64,000 bases of DNA from positions 197,761-261,760 of the forward strand of contig DAOUJO010000003.1 in the NCBI GenBank assembly GCA_034422595.1, given 5' to 3'. This DNA is from Dehalococcoidia bacterium (GTDB lineage Bacteria; Chloroflexota; Dehalococcoidia; Lucifugimonadales; Australimonadaceae). The notes under the pieces were generated by a model. That model did not search any database. It saw nothing but the letters and a program-made list of their open reading frames with translations, and was not told where the DNA came from. Positions 38,517-48,149 of this stretch are shown here, one piece after another; within the stretch, counting starts at the first letter, position 1; every line of letters starts with the position of its first letter. Both the position numbers and the translations under genes were made by a program.

Positions 38517-39221
38517 CTAGCCGCCGGAGACGGGTTTGGGTGCGCTCGGAGGAGTGATGCGCGGGGGACGGAGGTAGCGCGGAGCGATGGCCGTCGCGCT
38601 GCCCGCCTCGCCCGACGCCAGCATCGCCGCGCCAAGCTCCGCCGCGCCCGACAGGCGCATCAGCGGCGCCGACTCGGTCACGAACCGCGCATCCGCGCCC
38701 ATGCGCTCACGCAACGCGTCTTCCACGTCAGCCGCCGACTCGCCGCAGAAGAGCGTGCCGCCGGACTGCGCGGCTGCAAACTCAGCGATGGGGGAGACCT
38801 GCTCCTCGCTCAGCGCACTCCACGAGCCGTCGTCCATGCCGTAGACGGCCCAGGCCACGACTCCCCTGCCCGCGGGGAGCACCGCGCAGATGCGCTCCAC
38901 AGTCAAACGGCAGGGATACGCCGAGGCTTCCAGCGTGCTCACTCCGGCCACCGGAAGCGACCACGCCACCGCCAGCCCCTTCGCGACGCCGATGCCGGTG
39001 CGCAGTGCGCTGAACCCGCCGGGCCCGACGCTCACGACGATGCCGTCCAGCGCATCCGGCGCGACTCCCTCCGCTTCCGTGAGCCACCGGACCGCGGGCA
39101 TGAGCTCCGCAGTGTGGTTGTTGCGGGAGCGCCAGGAGACGGAGCGCGACAGCCCGTCCCGCCAGACCGCCGTCGCCCCGTAGCGCGTGGAGGTGTCTAT
39201 GACCAGGTACGCCGTCATCAT
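38517..39221 (-). CDS. tsaB: tRNA t6A37 biosynthesis protein TsaB (YeaZ)
   Basis: MMTAYLVIDTSTRYGATAV...GIVVSVGPGGFSALRTGIGVAKGLA. The start overlaps the tsaE stop (ATGATGA). Confidence 0.85.
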   Translation of the reverse strand: MMTAYLVIDTSTRYGATAVWRDGLSRSVSWRSRNNHTAELMPAVRWLTEAEGVAPDALDGIVVSVGPGGFSALRTGIGVAKGLAVAWSLPVAGVSTLEASAYPCRLTVERICAVLPAGRGVVAWAVYGMDDGSWSALSEEQVSPIAEFAAAQSGGTLFCGESAADVEDALRERMGADARFVTESAPLMRLSGAAELGAAMLASGEAGSATAIAPRYLRPPRITPPSAPKPVSGG

Positions 39222-39703
39222 GCCTCCGCCTGCAACGCGGCGAGCAGCCGGACGTAGCGCTCGCCGTGCGGCTCCAGCGTCAGCACCCGGGCATCCGGCG
39301 TGGCGCCGAAGGCGATGCCGACCGCAAGGTGCTCGTCAGGAAAGACGGCCTGCGCCTGCTCCGGCCATTCGACCACGCACGCTCCTTCCTCCAGCATCTC
39401 GCCGAACGCCAGATCGTCTATCTCGAGGTCGCCGCCATCCATCCGGAAGAGGTCCACGTGGTAGACGGGGATGCGGCCCCGGTACTCGTGCACGAGCACG
39501 AACGTCGGGCTGTGCGCGTAGCCGGTCACACCCGCTCCCCAGGCGACGCCCTGCGTCAGCGTCGTCTTGCCCGCGCCGAGCGTTCCGCGCAGCAGATAGA
39601 GGTCGCCGGGCTCCGCAAGCGCGCCGAGCCTGCGCCCGAGCGCCTGCGTCTCCTCGGCGCTGTACGTTTCGAACCGGGTATCCGTCACCGCAAGTGCTCC
39701 CAT
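39218..39703 (-). CDS. tsaE: tRNA t6A37 biosynthesis ATPase TsaE (YjeE)
   Basis: ...LYLLRGTLGAGKTTLTQGVAWG...SPTFVLVHEY...VYHVDLFR. The ATG at 39703 overlaps the thiL end by 19 nt. The longer track ORF was rejected. Confidence 0.85.
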   Translation of the reverse strand: MGALAVTDTRFETYSAEETQALGRRLGALAEPGDLYLLRGTLGAGKTTLTQGVAWGAGVTGYAHSPTFVLVHEYRGRIPVYHVDLFRMDGGDLEIDDLAFGEMLEEGACVVEWPEQAQAVFPDEHLAVGIAFGATPDARVLTLEPHGERYVRLLAALQAEA

Positions 39704-40677
39704 CCTTCGATGTCGATAGAGACCGGCTCGCCGCGCCCCGCGACGAATGAGATACCGCCCGCCGGACCCTCCGTGATCTCGCCGATAACCACGCTGCCGG
39801 GGATCTCGGAAACGGCGTCCTGCACGAGGTCCGACGGGCCGGTGAACAGTAGTTCGTAGTCCTCGCCGCCGCCCAATGCCAGCCGCATCGCATCCGGGCG
39901 GAACTCGCTCCGGAGCGCATCCGCCGCAGGCACATGGTCGACCTCGACCCGCGCCGCGACGCCGGACGCTTTCGCGAGCTTGGGCAGGTCGGCGGCGAGC
40001 CCGTCCGACAGGTCCATCGCGCAGCGCACGCCGACGCGGCGGAGCACGGCGCTCGCGTCCGTCCGCGCTGCGGGCCTGCGGTGCGCAAGCGCAAGCGCCT
40101 GCCGCGCGGGGGTGTCCAGCCCGGCGCCGCTCTCCAACAGCAGCAGTCCGCCGCGCGAGCCGCCGAGCGGGCCGGTGACGGCGAGCGCGTCGCCGGGGCG
40201 GGCCGCCGACCGGGACAGCGGCGTGGCGCTGCACACGCCGGTCATGGCGACGGTAACGAACGCGACGGGCGAGCCGACGATGTCCCCGCCCATCAGTTCC
40301 GTGCCGTAGACGGCGCACGCTTCCAGCATGCCGTCGTACAGCGCGTCAACGTCGCCCACGTCGAGGTCGGCGGGCAGGCCGAGCGATACCAGGCCTGCGA
40401 AGGGCGAACCGCCCATGGCGGCGATGTCGCTCACGTTGGAGACCCACGCCTTCCAGCCCACGTCCGCCCATGACGCGGTGGACGTGCGGAAATGGACGCC
40501 CTCGACCATCGTATCGGTCGTGGCGGCCTGCACGCCGGCCACGCGCCACGCGGCAGCGTCGTCCCCGATGGCGGTGATGACGCGCCCACCCATCGCCTGC
40601 AGCGGGCTGGCACGGCGCACACGCTCGACGATGCGCTCGATCAGCGCCGTCTCCCCCAGTTCTCCGACCGTGGTCAT
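39685..40677 (-). CDS. thiL: thiamine-monophosphate kinase
   Basis: MTTVGELGETALIERIV...IGDDAAAW...MVEGVHF... is the AIR-synthase-like fold. Confidence 0.9.
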   Translation of the reverse strand: MTTVGELGETALIERIVERVRRASPLQAMGGRVITAIGDDAAAWRVAGVQAATTDTMVEGVHFRTSTASWADVGWKAWVSNVSDIAAMGGSPFAGLVSLGLPADLDVGDVDALYDGMLEACAVYGTELMGGDIVGSPVAFVTVAMTGVCSATPLSRSAARPGDALAVTGPLGGSRGGLLLLESGAGLDTPARQALALAHRRPAARTDASAVLRRVGVRCAMDLSDGLAADLPKLAKASGVAARVEVDHVPAADALRSEFRPDAMRLALGGGEDYELLFTGPSDLVQDAVSEIPGSVVIGEITEGPAGGISFVAGRGEPVSIDIEGWEHLR

Positions 40678-40781
40678 GGGGGCATTATCGCAAAAACGTC
40701 CGCCGCGGAGGGGTCTCCTTCGACAAGCTCAGGATGAACGGGCTTTTGTCAGCGCGGGGCGTATACTGGTCTCAGGGCAAC

Positions 40782-42287
40782 ATGTCACGACTATCCCTCA
40801 CCACTCTGCTCGCCGCCGCCTTCCTTGTCGCAGGGTGCACCTCCACGGCCTACACGCCCGAGCCGCCCACACCGACCCCGACGCACACGCCGACCCCTGC
40901 GCCGACGGCCACTCCCGCCCCCACGAGCGCACCCGCATCAACGTCGGATCACCCCTACGACCCGAACAACACGATGTGGCGCATCTTCAGCACCACCGAC
41001 CAGACGTTCGAGTCCCTGCAGCTTGCCCTCGACGACGCCGTTGCGGCGAACGACACCTCCCAGGTGCCCATCATCGTGGAGATCATGCGTTTCAGCGGCG
41101 CGCCTGCGGTGATGGACGCGTACCGGGAGGCGCTCGTGAGCCTCACCGGCCAGGACTTCTGGCTCGATCCGCCTGCGTGGAATGCGGCGATGGAGTGGCT
41201 GGGGCCCCGCAGGGACGAGTTCCCTCCGCCGGACGAGTACCTGGACTGGAAGGTGAACATCCTCGGGCTCATCGACCCGCGCATGGCGGCGTTCTTCAGC
41301 GCCGCCCCTGGCTCGGAGCGCATCGATCTCACGGAGGCCGTCTGGGGCGGGGTACGCACCGACGGCATCCCCGACCTCCAATTCGCGCCCACGCTCACCC
41401 CGGAGGAGGCGGACTACCTGGACCCGCGCGACCGTGTCTTCGGCGTCTCCATCAACGGCGAGCACCGCGCCTATCCGCTGCGCATCATGAACCCGCACGA
41501 GATGGCGAACGACCGGTTAGGAGGCGAGCCGATAGCGCTCGCCTACTGAACGCTCTGCTTCAGCGGGATCGTGTATTCCGCAAAGATAAACGGGGAGCCC
41601 ACCACGTTCGGCACGTCCGGCATGCTCTACCAGAGCAACAAGCTGATGTACGACCGCACGACGAACTCGATCTGGAACCAGTTCACGGGCGAGCCCGTCG
41701 TCGGCCCGCTGGCGGACAGCGGCATCAAGCTCGACTTCTTCCCGTCCGTGCTGACGACGTGGGAGGAGTGGCTGGCCGAACACCCGGACACGACGGTACT
41801 GAACGTCGATACCGGCGTCTACTCGCCAGCCGTCTATGCCCACGAGTGGGAGCCGCACGCCATCTACTTCGACTACTTCTCATCGCCCCGGACGATGTTC
41901 CCGGTCTTCAACCGGGACGAGGCGCTGCTCCCCAAGGAGACGGTCATCGGCGTGGGCATCGGTGGGGACTACAAGGCTTACCCCGTCTCCGCGTTTCAGG
42001 AGGAGCCGGTCATCAACGACGTGGTGGGCGGGCAGGAGATCGTCATCACCGGATCGAGCACCTGGGGCACGGGCAGGGTCTACGAGCGGGGTGGACAGAC
42101 GTTCGCCGGGGAAGGCGAAGGACTGCGGGACTCGGACGGAGCGCTGTGGACCATCGGCGAGGATGCGCTGACCCGGGCGGACGGCGCCGGGACGCTGGCC
42201 CGCATACCGACGATAACGTCGTTCTGGCACGGGTGGTTCTCGTTCCACCCGGATACCGCCCGCTACGAGGGCAGCCAGTCCGGTTAA
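40782..42287 (+). CDS. DUF3179 lipoprotein with one in-frame TGA (41547..41549): candidate selenoprotein or recently inactivated pseudogene
   Basis: Track ORFs 40734..41549 and 41571..42287 share one frame and are separated by a single stop. Lipobox LLAAAFLVAGC, then a PT linker. The DUF3179-type domain is continuous across the stop (...GGEPIALAY-TGA-TLCFSGIVY...FGTSGMLYQSNKLMYDRTTNSIWNQ...). Confidence 0.6.
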
Positions 42288-42296
42288 AAGGAAGAA

Positions 42297-42312
42297 GGCG
42301 GGTCTCCCCGCC
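42297..42312. terminator. GC hairpin between convergent genes (possible bidirectional terminator)
   Basis: GGCGGG-TCTC-CCCGCC lies 10 nt after the DUF3179 stop. The flanks are only weakly T/A-rich. Confidence 0.35.
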
Positions 42313-42475
42313 CTTCATTCCTCTGCCAGCGTTCCCGGCACACCTCTTATCCGTCGCTCCTTCGCGTATCGAGGGCGGAGCCACCCATGTCCGTGCCGGT
42401 GTTCGTCTGCAACACTCATGCTACCGGCAGAGTATTGCGTCCCCGTTACACGAACGTTAAGGGAGTGTTACGGCT

Positions 42476-43747
42476 TCAGGCTGCGCCCACGTACATCTTC
42501 TGCATGAGCGCGTCCTGCCAGCGGACGCTGTCCGGCAGCACCTCTTCGATGGCGCGGATGTGGTAGTAGGAGTCGTTCGCGCCCAGGGGAGTCCCGCCGT
42601 CCTCCATCGTGCGTATCGCCTGCATCAGCATCTTGCGGGCGGTGATGACGGCGCGGTCGGTCTGGCCGAGGTGCTCCTGGCTGCGGTCGACGATAGGCTT
42701 CATCGCCTCCTGCACTGCCCGGTCCTGCGCGTTGATGCCCTTGATGCCGGTGAACGTGTCGGTACGCTGGATATCGCGGTCGATCAGCCAGTTGTTGCGC
42801 GGGTTGCGCAGGCTGCGCCACGTCGTCTGGTCGACGTCGTCGGGGCCGTTGCCGGTGGCGAGCTCGTCGCGCTCAGCCTGGGTGAGAGGCTCGTCAAGCG
42901 TGTAGAACCAGTTCCAGACCATGGTGGTCTCGTCGTCCATGGGCACCCAGTGGTGTCCGGCGATCTTGAACTTGAACCAGGAGCCGTCGTTGTTCAGCTG
43001 CGCCGCACGGATCTGGACGTGGGGCATCACGTAGTGGTAGGTGCGGACGTAGTTGGCGTCCTCGCCGGGCAGAGGGCGGACCGAGCCGTAGCGGTAGCCG
43101 TAGTCCGTGGGCTCGACCTCCAGCTTCGAGGCCGTTGCCTTGGCGCGCAGACCGTCCAGGCCCCCCGCCCCGCCGGTGCCGAACTTGCGATGGAGGAAGG
43201 ACGAGTGCACCGAGTCGATGCCGCCTTCCAGCGCCTGCAGCCAGTTGCACTCCTCGATGACCTTGGAGGCGTGCCGGTGGGTCTGGGGTTGCCGCGTGAA
43301 CTCGAACGAAGGCTCGGGCGGCGTCTGCTCCTTCGGCCCCATGTAGGTCCAGATGACTCCGCCCAACTCCACGGTCGGGTATGCCGTGATTCGCACCTTG
43401 CGGCTGAAGTCGTACTGCGCCGGTTCGTTGGGCATGTCGACGCACGCGCCGTCCACGTCGAACTTCCAGCCGTGGTAGACGCAGCGGATGCCGCTCTCCT
43501 CGTTCCGGCCCAGCCAGAGCGACGTAAGGCGGTGGGGGCACCACTCGCTCATGAGGCCGACGCGGCCCGACGTATCGCGGAACGCGATGAGGTCCTCGCC
43601 GAGGATACGCAGGCGCAGGGGGTCGCAGTCGGGGTGCGGCAACTCGTGAGAGATGAGGACGGGCTGCCAGTAGCGGCGCATCAGCTCGCCCATCGGCGTG
43701 CCGGGCCCCACGCGGGTCAGTCGCTCGTTGTCCCTGGTCGAAAGCAT
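42476..43747 (-). CDS. Rieske (2Fe-2S) non-haem iron oxygenase, alpha-only (phthalate/KshA-like) type
   Basis: ...MRRYWQPV...CPHRLTSL...CVYHGWKFD... is the Rieske CxH / CxxH motif. No adjacent beta subunit. Confidence 0.85.
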   Translation of the reverse strand: MLSTRDNERLTRVGPGTPMGELMRRYWQPVLISHELPHPDCDPLRLRILGEDLIAFRDTSGRVGLMSEWCPHRLTSLWLGRNEESGIRCVYHGWKFDVDGACVDMPNEPAQYDFSRKVRITAYPTVELGGVIWTYMGPKEQTPPEPSFEFTRQPQTHRHASKVIEECNWLQALEGGIDSVHSSFLHRKFGTGGAGGLDGLRAKATASKLEVEPTDYGYRYGSVRPLPGEDANYVRTYHYVMPHVQIRAAQLNNDGSWFKFKIAGHHWVPMDDETTMVWNWFYTLDEPLTQAERDELATGNGPDDVDQTTWRSLRNPRNNWLIDRDIQRTDTFTGIKGINAQDRAVQEAMKPIVDRSQEHLGQTDRAVITARKMLMQAIRTMEDGGTPLGANDSYYHIRAIEEVLPDSVRWQDALMQKMYVGAA

Positions 43748-43823
43748 ATCGGCTTCCTCTTATGGTCCCTGAGGTTTTCGATGGTTTGTACGCCCCACGG
43801 GGGAGGCCTGTCAACGAGCCGGT

Positions 43824-45233
43824 TCACCCACCCCGCAGCAAACGGAGGAAGTCCGTGACGTCCGCTACGTCGTCGAGACCTTCCGTCATGTCGATGACCT
43901 CGTCGATCGTTGCGTCGTTCAGCGGCGTCCCGGCGTGGACGGCGCAGGCGCGGAACTTCTGGTGGCGCTGGTCGTCGGTGAGCGGGTTGTCGCGATGGCC
44001 CGGGGCGGCGTCCACGCGCTCGGAGAGGGTCTCGCCGCCGGCGAGCGTCACTTCCACGACGCCGGACTTGCCGAGCGATTCGTCCACCTCGTATTCGGTG
44101 ACGTTGGCGATGCGCAGGCACGTCTCCTCGAACAGCCCCTGCGGGGTGGGCTGGAGGTCGGCCAGCGTCACGTTGCCGGTGGTGAGCGCGCGGGCGGTCG
44201 CGAAGATGATCGAGTCCTCGGCCTCGACGGGCGCCTGCGGGTTGCGGCGGGTCTGCAGGGGCTCGCAGAACGTCTGGATGTGCGGTTCGCCTCGCAGCAG
44301 CACGTGGGTCACTGTCGACGGGTCGGGCACACGCGTCGCTCGCAGGTTCGCGGCGGCCTCGATGAACACGTGCGCGACGCCGGTGGTGGGCCACGGCTTG
44401 ATGCCCACGTTCAGCAGATGCCACTCTTCGCCGAGGCCGTCGCTCATCGCAGGGCGGTGGAACACGCCGCCGTAGTAGGTGGGGAAGAAGCCTGCCGCGC
44501 CCTCGAACGCGTCGCAGTCGCCGAGCAGCCCCTCGCGCGCCAGCAGCACGCTCTGCATCCCGGCCTGGCAGGAGAACGCGGCGTAGATCGCTTTCGCGGG
44601 ACGCCCCTCCAGCACGGGTTGCCGTCCGCCGGACGCCTGCATGAACGCGAGTCCGAGCGCGCTGTGCGTCTCCCGCGGAGAGAAGCCGAGCATGCGCGAC
44701 CCGCTCATTGCCGCGGCGAAGCAGCCCGGCATCTGCGTCGGCTGCGGCCTCGATTCCGTGAACGCGCCCTGTGTCGCGGTGATGGCAATGCCGATGCGCG
44801 ACATGAGCTCCATCCCCGCCGCCAGCGCGGTCATGAACTCCCTGCCGGACGCCCCGCCCCGTAACTCCGCGGCCACGAGCGCCGTCGGCAGCGTCACCGG
44901 CCCGAGGTGGCCGGAGCCGACGGCGGTGGTGTCGTCGAAGTTCAGCGCGTGCGCCATGCCCCCGTTCAGCATCGCGGCCACGGCGGCGGGCAGCCTGTCC
45001 GGCAGGCCGATGAGCGATGCCTCCTCGACGCCGCCGGCGCGCCGTGCCCAGGCGAGCAGCTCCGGGATGCCGATGCCGAGCGTGTTGGCCGCGATGGAGG
45101 TGGCGAGCGTGTCCAGCGTGATCGAGCGGACCGTGCGGCGCACGCTCTCCGGCAGGTCGTCGTACGTCAGCTCTGCGCCGAACCGCGCCCACAGGGAGGT
45201 CAGCTCTTCCACGCCTGCATCCCGTGTCGTCAT
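43824..45233 (-). CDS. MmgE/PrpD family protein (2-methylcitrate dehydratase-like)
   Basis: 469 aa, ...LTYDDLPESVRRTVRSITLDTLATSIAA... is a typical PrpD-family N-terminus. Confidence 0.85.
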   Translation of the reverse strand: MTTRDAGVEELTSLWARFGAELTYDDLPESVRRTVRSITLDTLATSIAANTLGIGIPELLAWARRAGGVEEASLIGLPDRLPAAVAAMLNGGMAHALNFDDTTAVGSGHLGPVTLPTALVAAELRGGASGREFMTALAAGMELMSRIGIAITATQGAFTESRPQPTQMPGCFAAAMSGSRMLGFSPRETHSALGLAFMQASGGRQPVLEGRPAKAIYAAFSCQAGMQSVLLAREGLLGDCDAFEGAAGFFPTYYGGVFHRPAMSDGLGEEWHLLNVGIKPWPTTGVAHVFIEAAANLRATRVPDPSTVTHVLLRGEPHIQTFCEPLQTRRNPQAPVEAEDSIIFATARALTTGNVTLADLQPTPQGLFEETCLRIANVTEYEVDESLGKSGVVEVTLAGGETLSERVDAAPGHRDNPLTDDQRHQKFRACAVHAGTPLNDATIDEVIDMTEGLDDVADVTDFLRLLRGG

Positions 45234-45299
45234 TCCACGCTCCTTCCAACTCTATCGGCGGTGTGCATTATGACACTCATGCAGTAGTAGCATGCGCTC

Positions 45300-46025
45300 A
45301 TGCGAACGCTCATCGTCAGCGACGTGCACAGCAACCTCACCGCGCTCGACGCCGTTCTGGCGGCAGCAGAGGCGGACGGGCTGGTGGATGCCGTGTGGTG
45401 CCTGGGGGACATCGTGGGGTACGGGCCGTGGCCGCTCGAGACCGTCCGGCGCATCCGCTCGCTCGACGCGGTCTGCATCCAGGGTAACCACGACGCCGGA
45501 GCGATCGGACGCATCAGCCTGGACACGTTCAACTACGCGGCACGTGAGGCATGCCGGTGGAACGGGGAGCAGCTGGACGATGAGACGCGTTCCTTCTTGG
45601 AGGGTCTTCCCGACACCGTTGCCGTCGCCGACTTCACGCTCGTTCACGGCACGCCGAGGGACCCGCTCTGGGAGTACCTGACCGGCCATGCCGACGCCGT
45701 CGCAGCACTCGCAAGCATCGGCACGCGCGACGTGCTGGTCGGCCACACGCACCACCAGTTCGCATTCGAGGACGGACGCGGCGCGGCATTGCCGGGGCCT
45801 GGCGGGCTGACCGTGACGCGGGACGGCGGGCGTCTCGTCGTGAATCCGGGGAGCGTGGGGCAGCCTCGCGACCACGACCCACGCGCCGCCTTTGTCGTCT
45901 ACGACAGCGAGGCGGACACGCTGTCGCTGCGCCGGGCCGCGTACGACGTCGCTGCGACCCAGCGTGCGATGGAGCAGGCCGGTCTGCCGGAGCCGCTCAT
46001 CTCACGCCTGAGCGCGGGGCGCTGA
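45300..46025 (+). CDS. metallophosphoesterase (calcineurin-like)
   Basis: MRTLIVSDVHSN...CLGDIVGYG...GNHD...GHTH motifs. Confidence 0.8.
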   Translation: MRTLIVSDVHSNLTALDAVLAAAEADGLVDAVWCLGDIVGYGPWPLETVRRIRSLDAVCIQGNHDAGAIGRISLDTFNYAAREACRWNGEQLDDETRSFLEGLPDTVAVADFTLVHGTPRDPLWEYLTGHADAVAALASIGTRDVLVGHTHHQFAFEDGRGAALPGPGGLTVTRDGGRLVVNPGSVGQPRDHDPRAAFVVYDSEADTLSLRRAAYDVAATQRAMEQAGLPEPLISRLSAGR

Positions 46026-46057
46026 CCCGCACCCCCCTTCCGTACTCCTTGACTGGG

Positions 46058-46066
46058 TGATAGAAT
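46058..46066 (+). promoter_or_regulatory. possible extended -10 promoter element for rpsP
   Basis: TGATAGAAT lies 44 nt upstream of the rpsP ATG. The same TAGAAT hexamer occurs in the ilv leader promoter. Confidence 0.3.
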
Positions 46067-46109
46067 CCACAGGCTTATACCGTCCAACCACTGGAGGCGA
46101 CAACTTCTC

Positions 46110-46361
46110 ATGCTCCGAATCCGTCTGCGCCGAGTAGGCAAGAAGAAGCAGCCGAGCTACCGCATCGTGGTGGCTGACGTGCGGTCGCCCCGCGACGGCA
46201 GATTCGTCGACCAGGTTGGACATTACAACCCGCTGACCGACCCGCCCACGGTCGTGGTCAACGAGGAGAAGGCCCGGCACTGGCTCGGGGTCGGCGCGAA
46301 GCCCACGGACACCGTTCAGCGCATCCTCCAGACGCAAGGAGTCGTCGAGAAAGCGGGGTAG
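46110..46361 (+). CDS. rpsP: 30S ribosomal protein S16
   Basis: MLRIRLRRVGKKKQPSYRIVVADVRSPRDGRFVDQVGHYNP... Confidence 0.95.
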   Translation: MLRIRLRRVGKKKQPSYRIVVADVRSPRDGRFVDQVGHYNPLTDPPTVVVNEEKARHWLGVGAKPTDTVQRILQTQGVVEKAG

Positions 46362-46364
46362 CCC

Positions 46365-46592
46365 ATGAAGGAACTGGTGGAATACATCGCCAGGGCCATC
46401 GCCACTCATCCCGACGACGTGAAAGTCACCGAGGAGGAAGAGGACGGCCAGATCATCATCAAGCTGGAAGTCCATCCTGACGACAAGGGGAAGGTGATCG
46501 GGAGGCAGGGCCGCGTGGCGCAGGCGATGCGCGTGCTGCTCCGCGTTGCCGCCATCAAGGAAGGCACCCGCACCAGCCTGGAGATCGTCTGA
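46365..46592 (+). CDS. KH-domain RNA-binding protein (YlqC/UPF0109)
   Basis: 75 aa, ...VIGRQGRVAQAMRVLLR... has a GxxG KH motif. It sits in the conserved position between rpsP and rimM. Confidence 0.8.
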   Translation: MKELVEYIARAIATHPDDVKVTEEEEDGQIIIKLEVHPDDKGKVIGRQGRVAQAMRVLLRVAAIKEGTRTSLEIV

Positions 46593-46601
46593 TCCTGCCT
46601 C

Positions 46602-47213
46602 GTGCCGACCACCTCCGGCAACACGCCCCAGCAGCAGCCTGACAACCTCGTCGCCGTTGGCGTCGTTCTCCGCGCGCACGGCAGCGACGGCCGCGTTCGC
46701 GTTCAGCCGGAGACCGACAACCCCGGGCGCTTCCGCAAGGGGGCCCGTCTCCTCGCCGGCGACCGGGAACTCCACGTCGAGCGCGTCCAGCGGATGCCCG
46801 ACGGCTCCCTGCTCCTGCGCTTCACGGGCATCGCCGTGCGTGGCGACGCTGCGGCCCTGCAGGGAGAGACGCTCTTCGTGCCAGCGGATGAGGCGCCGGA
46901 GGCCCCGCCCGGCACGTACTACCACTACCAGCTCGTCGGCATGAGCGTCGAGGACGAGGCCGGCGAGCGCCTGGGCACGCTCACCGAGATCGTCGCCACG
47001 GGAGCGAACGACGTGTACGTCGTCACCGGGGAGAGCGCGGAGCTGCTCCTCCCCGCGGTGGCGGACGTGATCGTCGGCGTGGACGTGCGGGCCAACAGCA
47101 TGACCGCCGCCGTGCCGGAGGGGTTGTCCTGGCGCGCGCTGAACCCGCCGCGCGGGAAGAAGAAGCCCCGCCGCCGCGCGCCGCGCAGGCCGGAACCCAC
47201 GCACGGCGGGTAG
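46602..47213 (+). CDS. rimM: 16S rRNA processing protein RimM
   Basis: ...VAVGVVLRAHGSDGRVRV...YYHYQLVGMSV...GANDVYVV... GTG start. Confidence 0.85.
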   Translation: MPTTSGNTPQQQPDNLVAVGVVLRAHGSDGRVRVQPETDNPGRFRKGARLLAGDRELHVERVQRMPDGSLLLRFTGIAVRGDAAALQGETLFVPADEAPEAPPGTYYHYQLVGMSVEDEAGERLGTLTEIVATGANDVYVVTGESAELLLPAVADVIVGVDVRANSMTAAVPEGLSWRALNPPRGKKKPRRRAPRRPEPTHGG

Positions 47214-47274
47214 AACGCAGGCGCGGTTTTGTCCTATCCTGCTTCCGTCCAATCCACGTGAGAGGAGCCTCTAC

Positions 47275-48036
47275 ATGTCCGGTCACTCCAAGTGGTCCAC
47301 CATCAAGCACAAGAAAGCCGCGCTGGACGCGAAGAAGGGCGCGCTCTTCACCAAGCTCGCGCGCGACATCGCCGTCGCCGCGCGTGAAGGCGGCAGCGGC
47401 GACCCCAACATGAACTTCCGGCTGCGCCTGATGATGGACAAGGCCCGCGCCGCCAACATGCCCGCCGACAACGTCGACCGCGCCGTCAAGAAAGGCCTCG
47501 GCATCGGGGGCGACGGCGTCTCGTTCGAGGAGATCGTCTACGAGGGCTACGCCCCCGGTGGAGCGGCCATCATGGTGAAGGCGCTCACGGACAACCGGAA
47601 CCGCACCGCCTCCAACGTGCGCGCCGTCTTCTCGCGCGGCGGCGGCAACCTCGGCGAGGCCGGGTCCGTTGCCTGGATGTTCGAGAGCAAGTCCGTCGTC
47701 ACCGTCGAGGAGGTGTCCGAGGAGCAGGCGGAGGAGATCGCGCTTGCCGCCATCGACGCGGGCGCGGAAGACTTCAAGGTGGAGGACGGCGTCCTGGAGA
47801 TCACGGGCGCCCCGAACGGGCTGGAGCCGATAGCCGCCGCGGTGAAGGAGGCCGGCGTCGAGCCTGCGCAGGCCACCGTGACCATGGTCCCCTCCAACAC
47901 CGTCGAGCTCGACAGTGGCCACGCGGGACAGACCCTCCGCCTGCTGGACAACATCGAGGACCTGGAAGACATCCAGCAGGTCTTCACCAACGCCAACTTC
48001 ACCGACGAGGCGCTGGAGAAGTACAGCAACGCCTAG
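47275..48036 (+). CDS. yebC: YebC/PmpR family DNA-binding regulator
   Basis: MSGHSKWSTIKHKKAALDAKKGALFTKLARDI... Confidence 0.9.
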   Translation: MSGHSKWSTIKHKKAALDAKKGALFTKLARDIAVAAREGGSGDPNMNFRLRLMMDKARAANMPADNVDRAVKKGLGIGGDGVSFEEIVYEGYAPGGAAIMVKALTDNRNRTASNVRAVFSRGGGNLGEAGSVAWMFESKSVVTVEEVSEEQAEEIALAAIDAGAEDFKVEDGVLEITGAPNGLEPIAAAVKEAGVEPAQATVTMVPSNTVELDSGHAGQTLRLLDNIEDLEDIQQVFTNANFTDEALEKYSNA

Positions 48037-48149
48037 CCGGGCCTGCGCGTCATCTGGCGCAGGTGAGCCCCCAGGGAACGACAGGCGCGCGGGTGTGATA
48101 GGCTACGGGATCCGTCGCCGGGTATGGCGGCAAGAAGGAGTAACCAGCC

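Noticed and set aside
40734-42287. Treating 40734..41549 and 41571..42287 as two independent genes.
   Set aside because: Both are in one frame, and the DUF3179 domain is split mid-motif. The second piece would start at a GTG inside a conserved block with no RBS. One gene with a recoded or mutated TGA is the better description.
46026-47213. Absence of trmD and rplS after rpsP-KH-rimM as a possible deletion or rearrangement.
   Set aside because: The order of these genes varies between lineages. Nothing in the sequence (no repeats, no pseudogene fragments) indicates a recent event.
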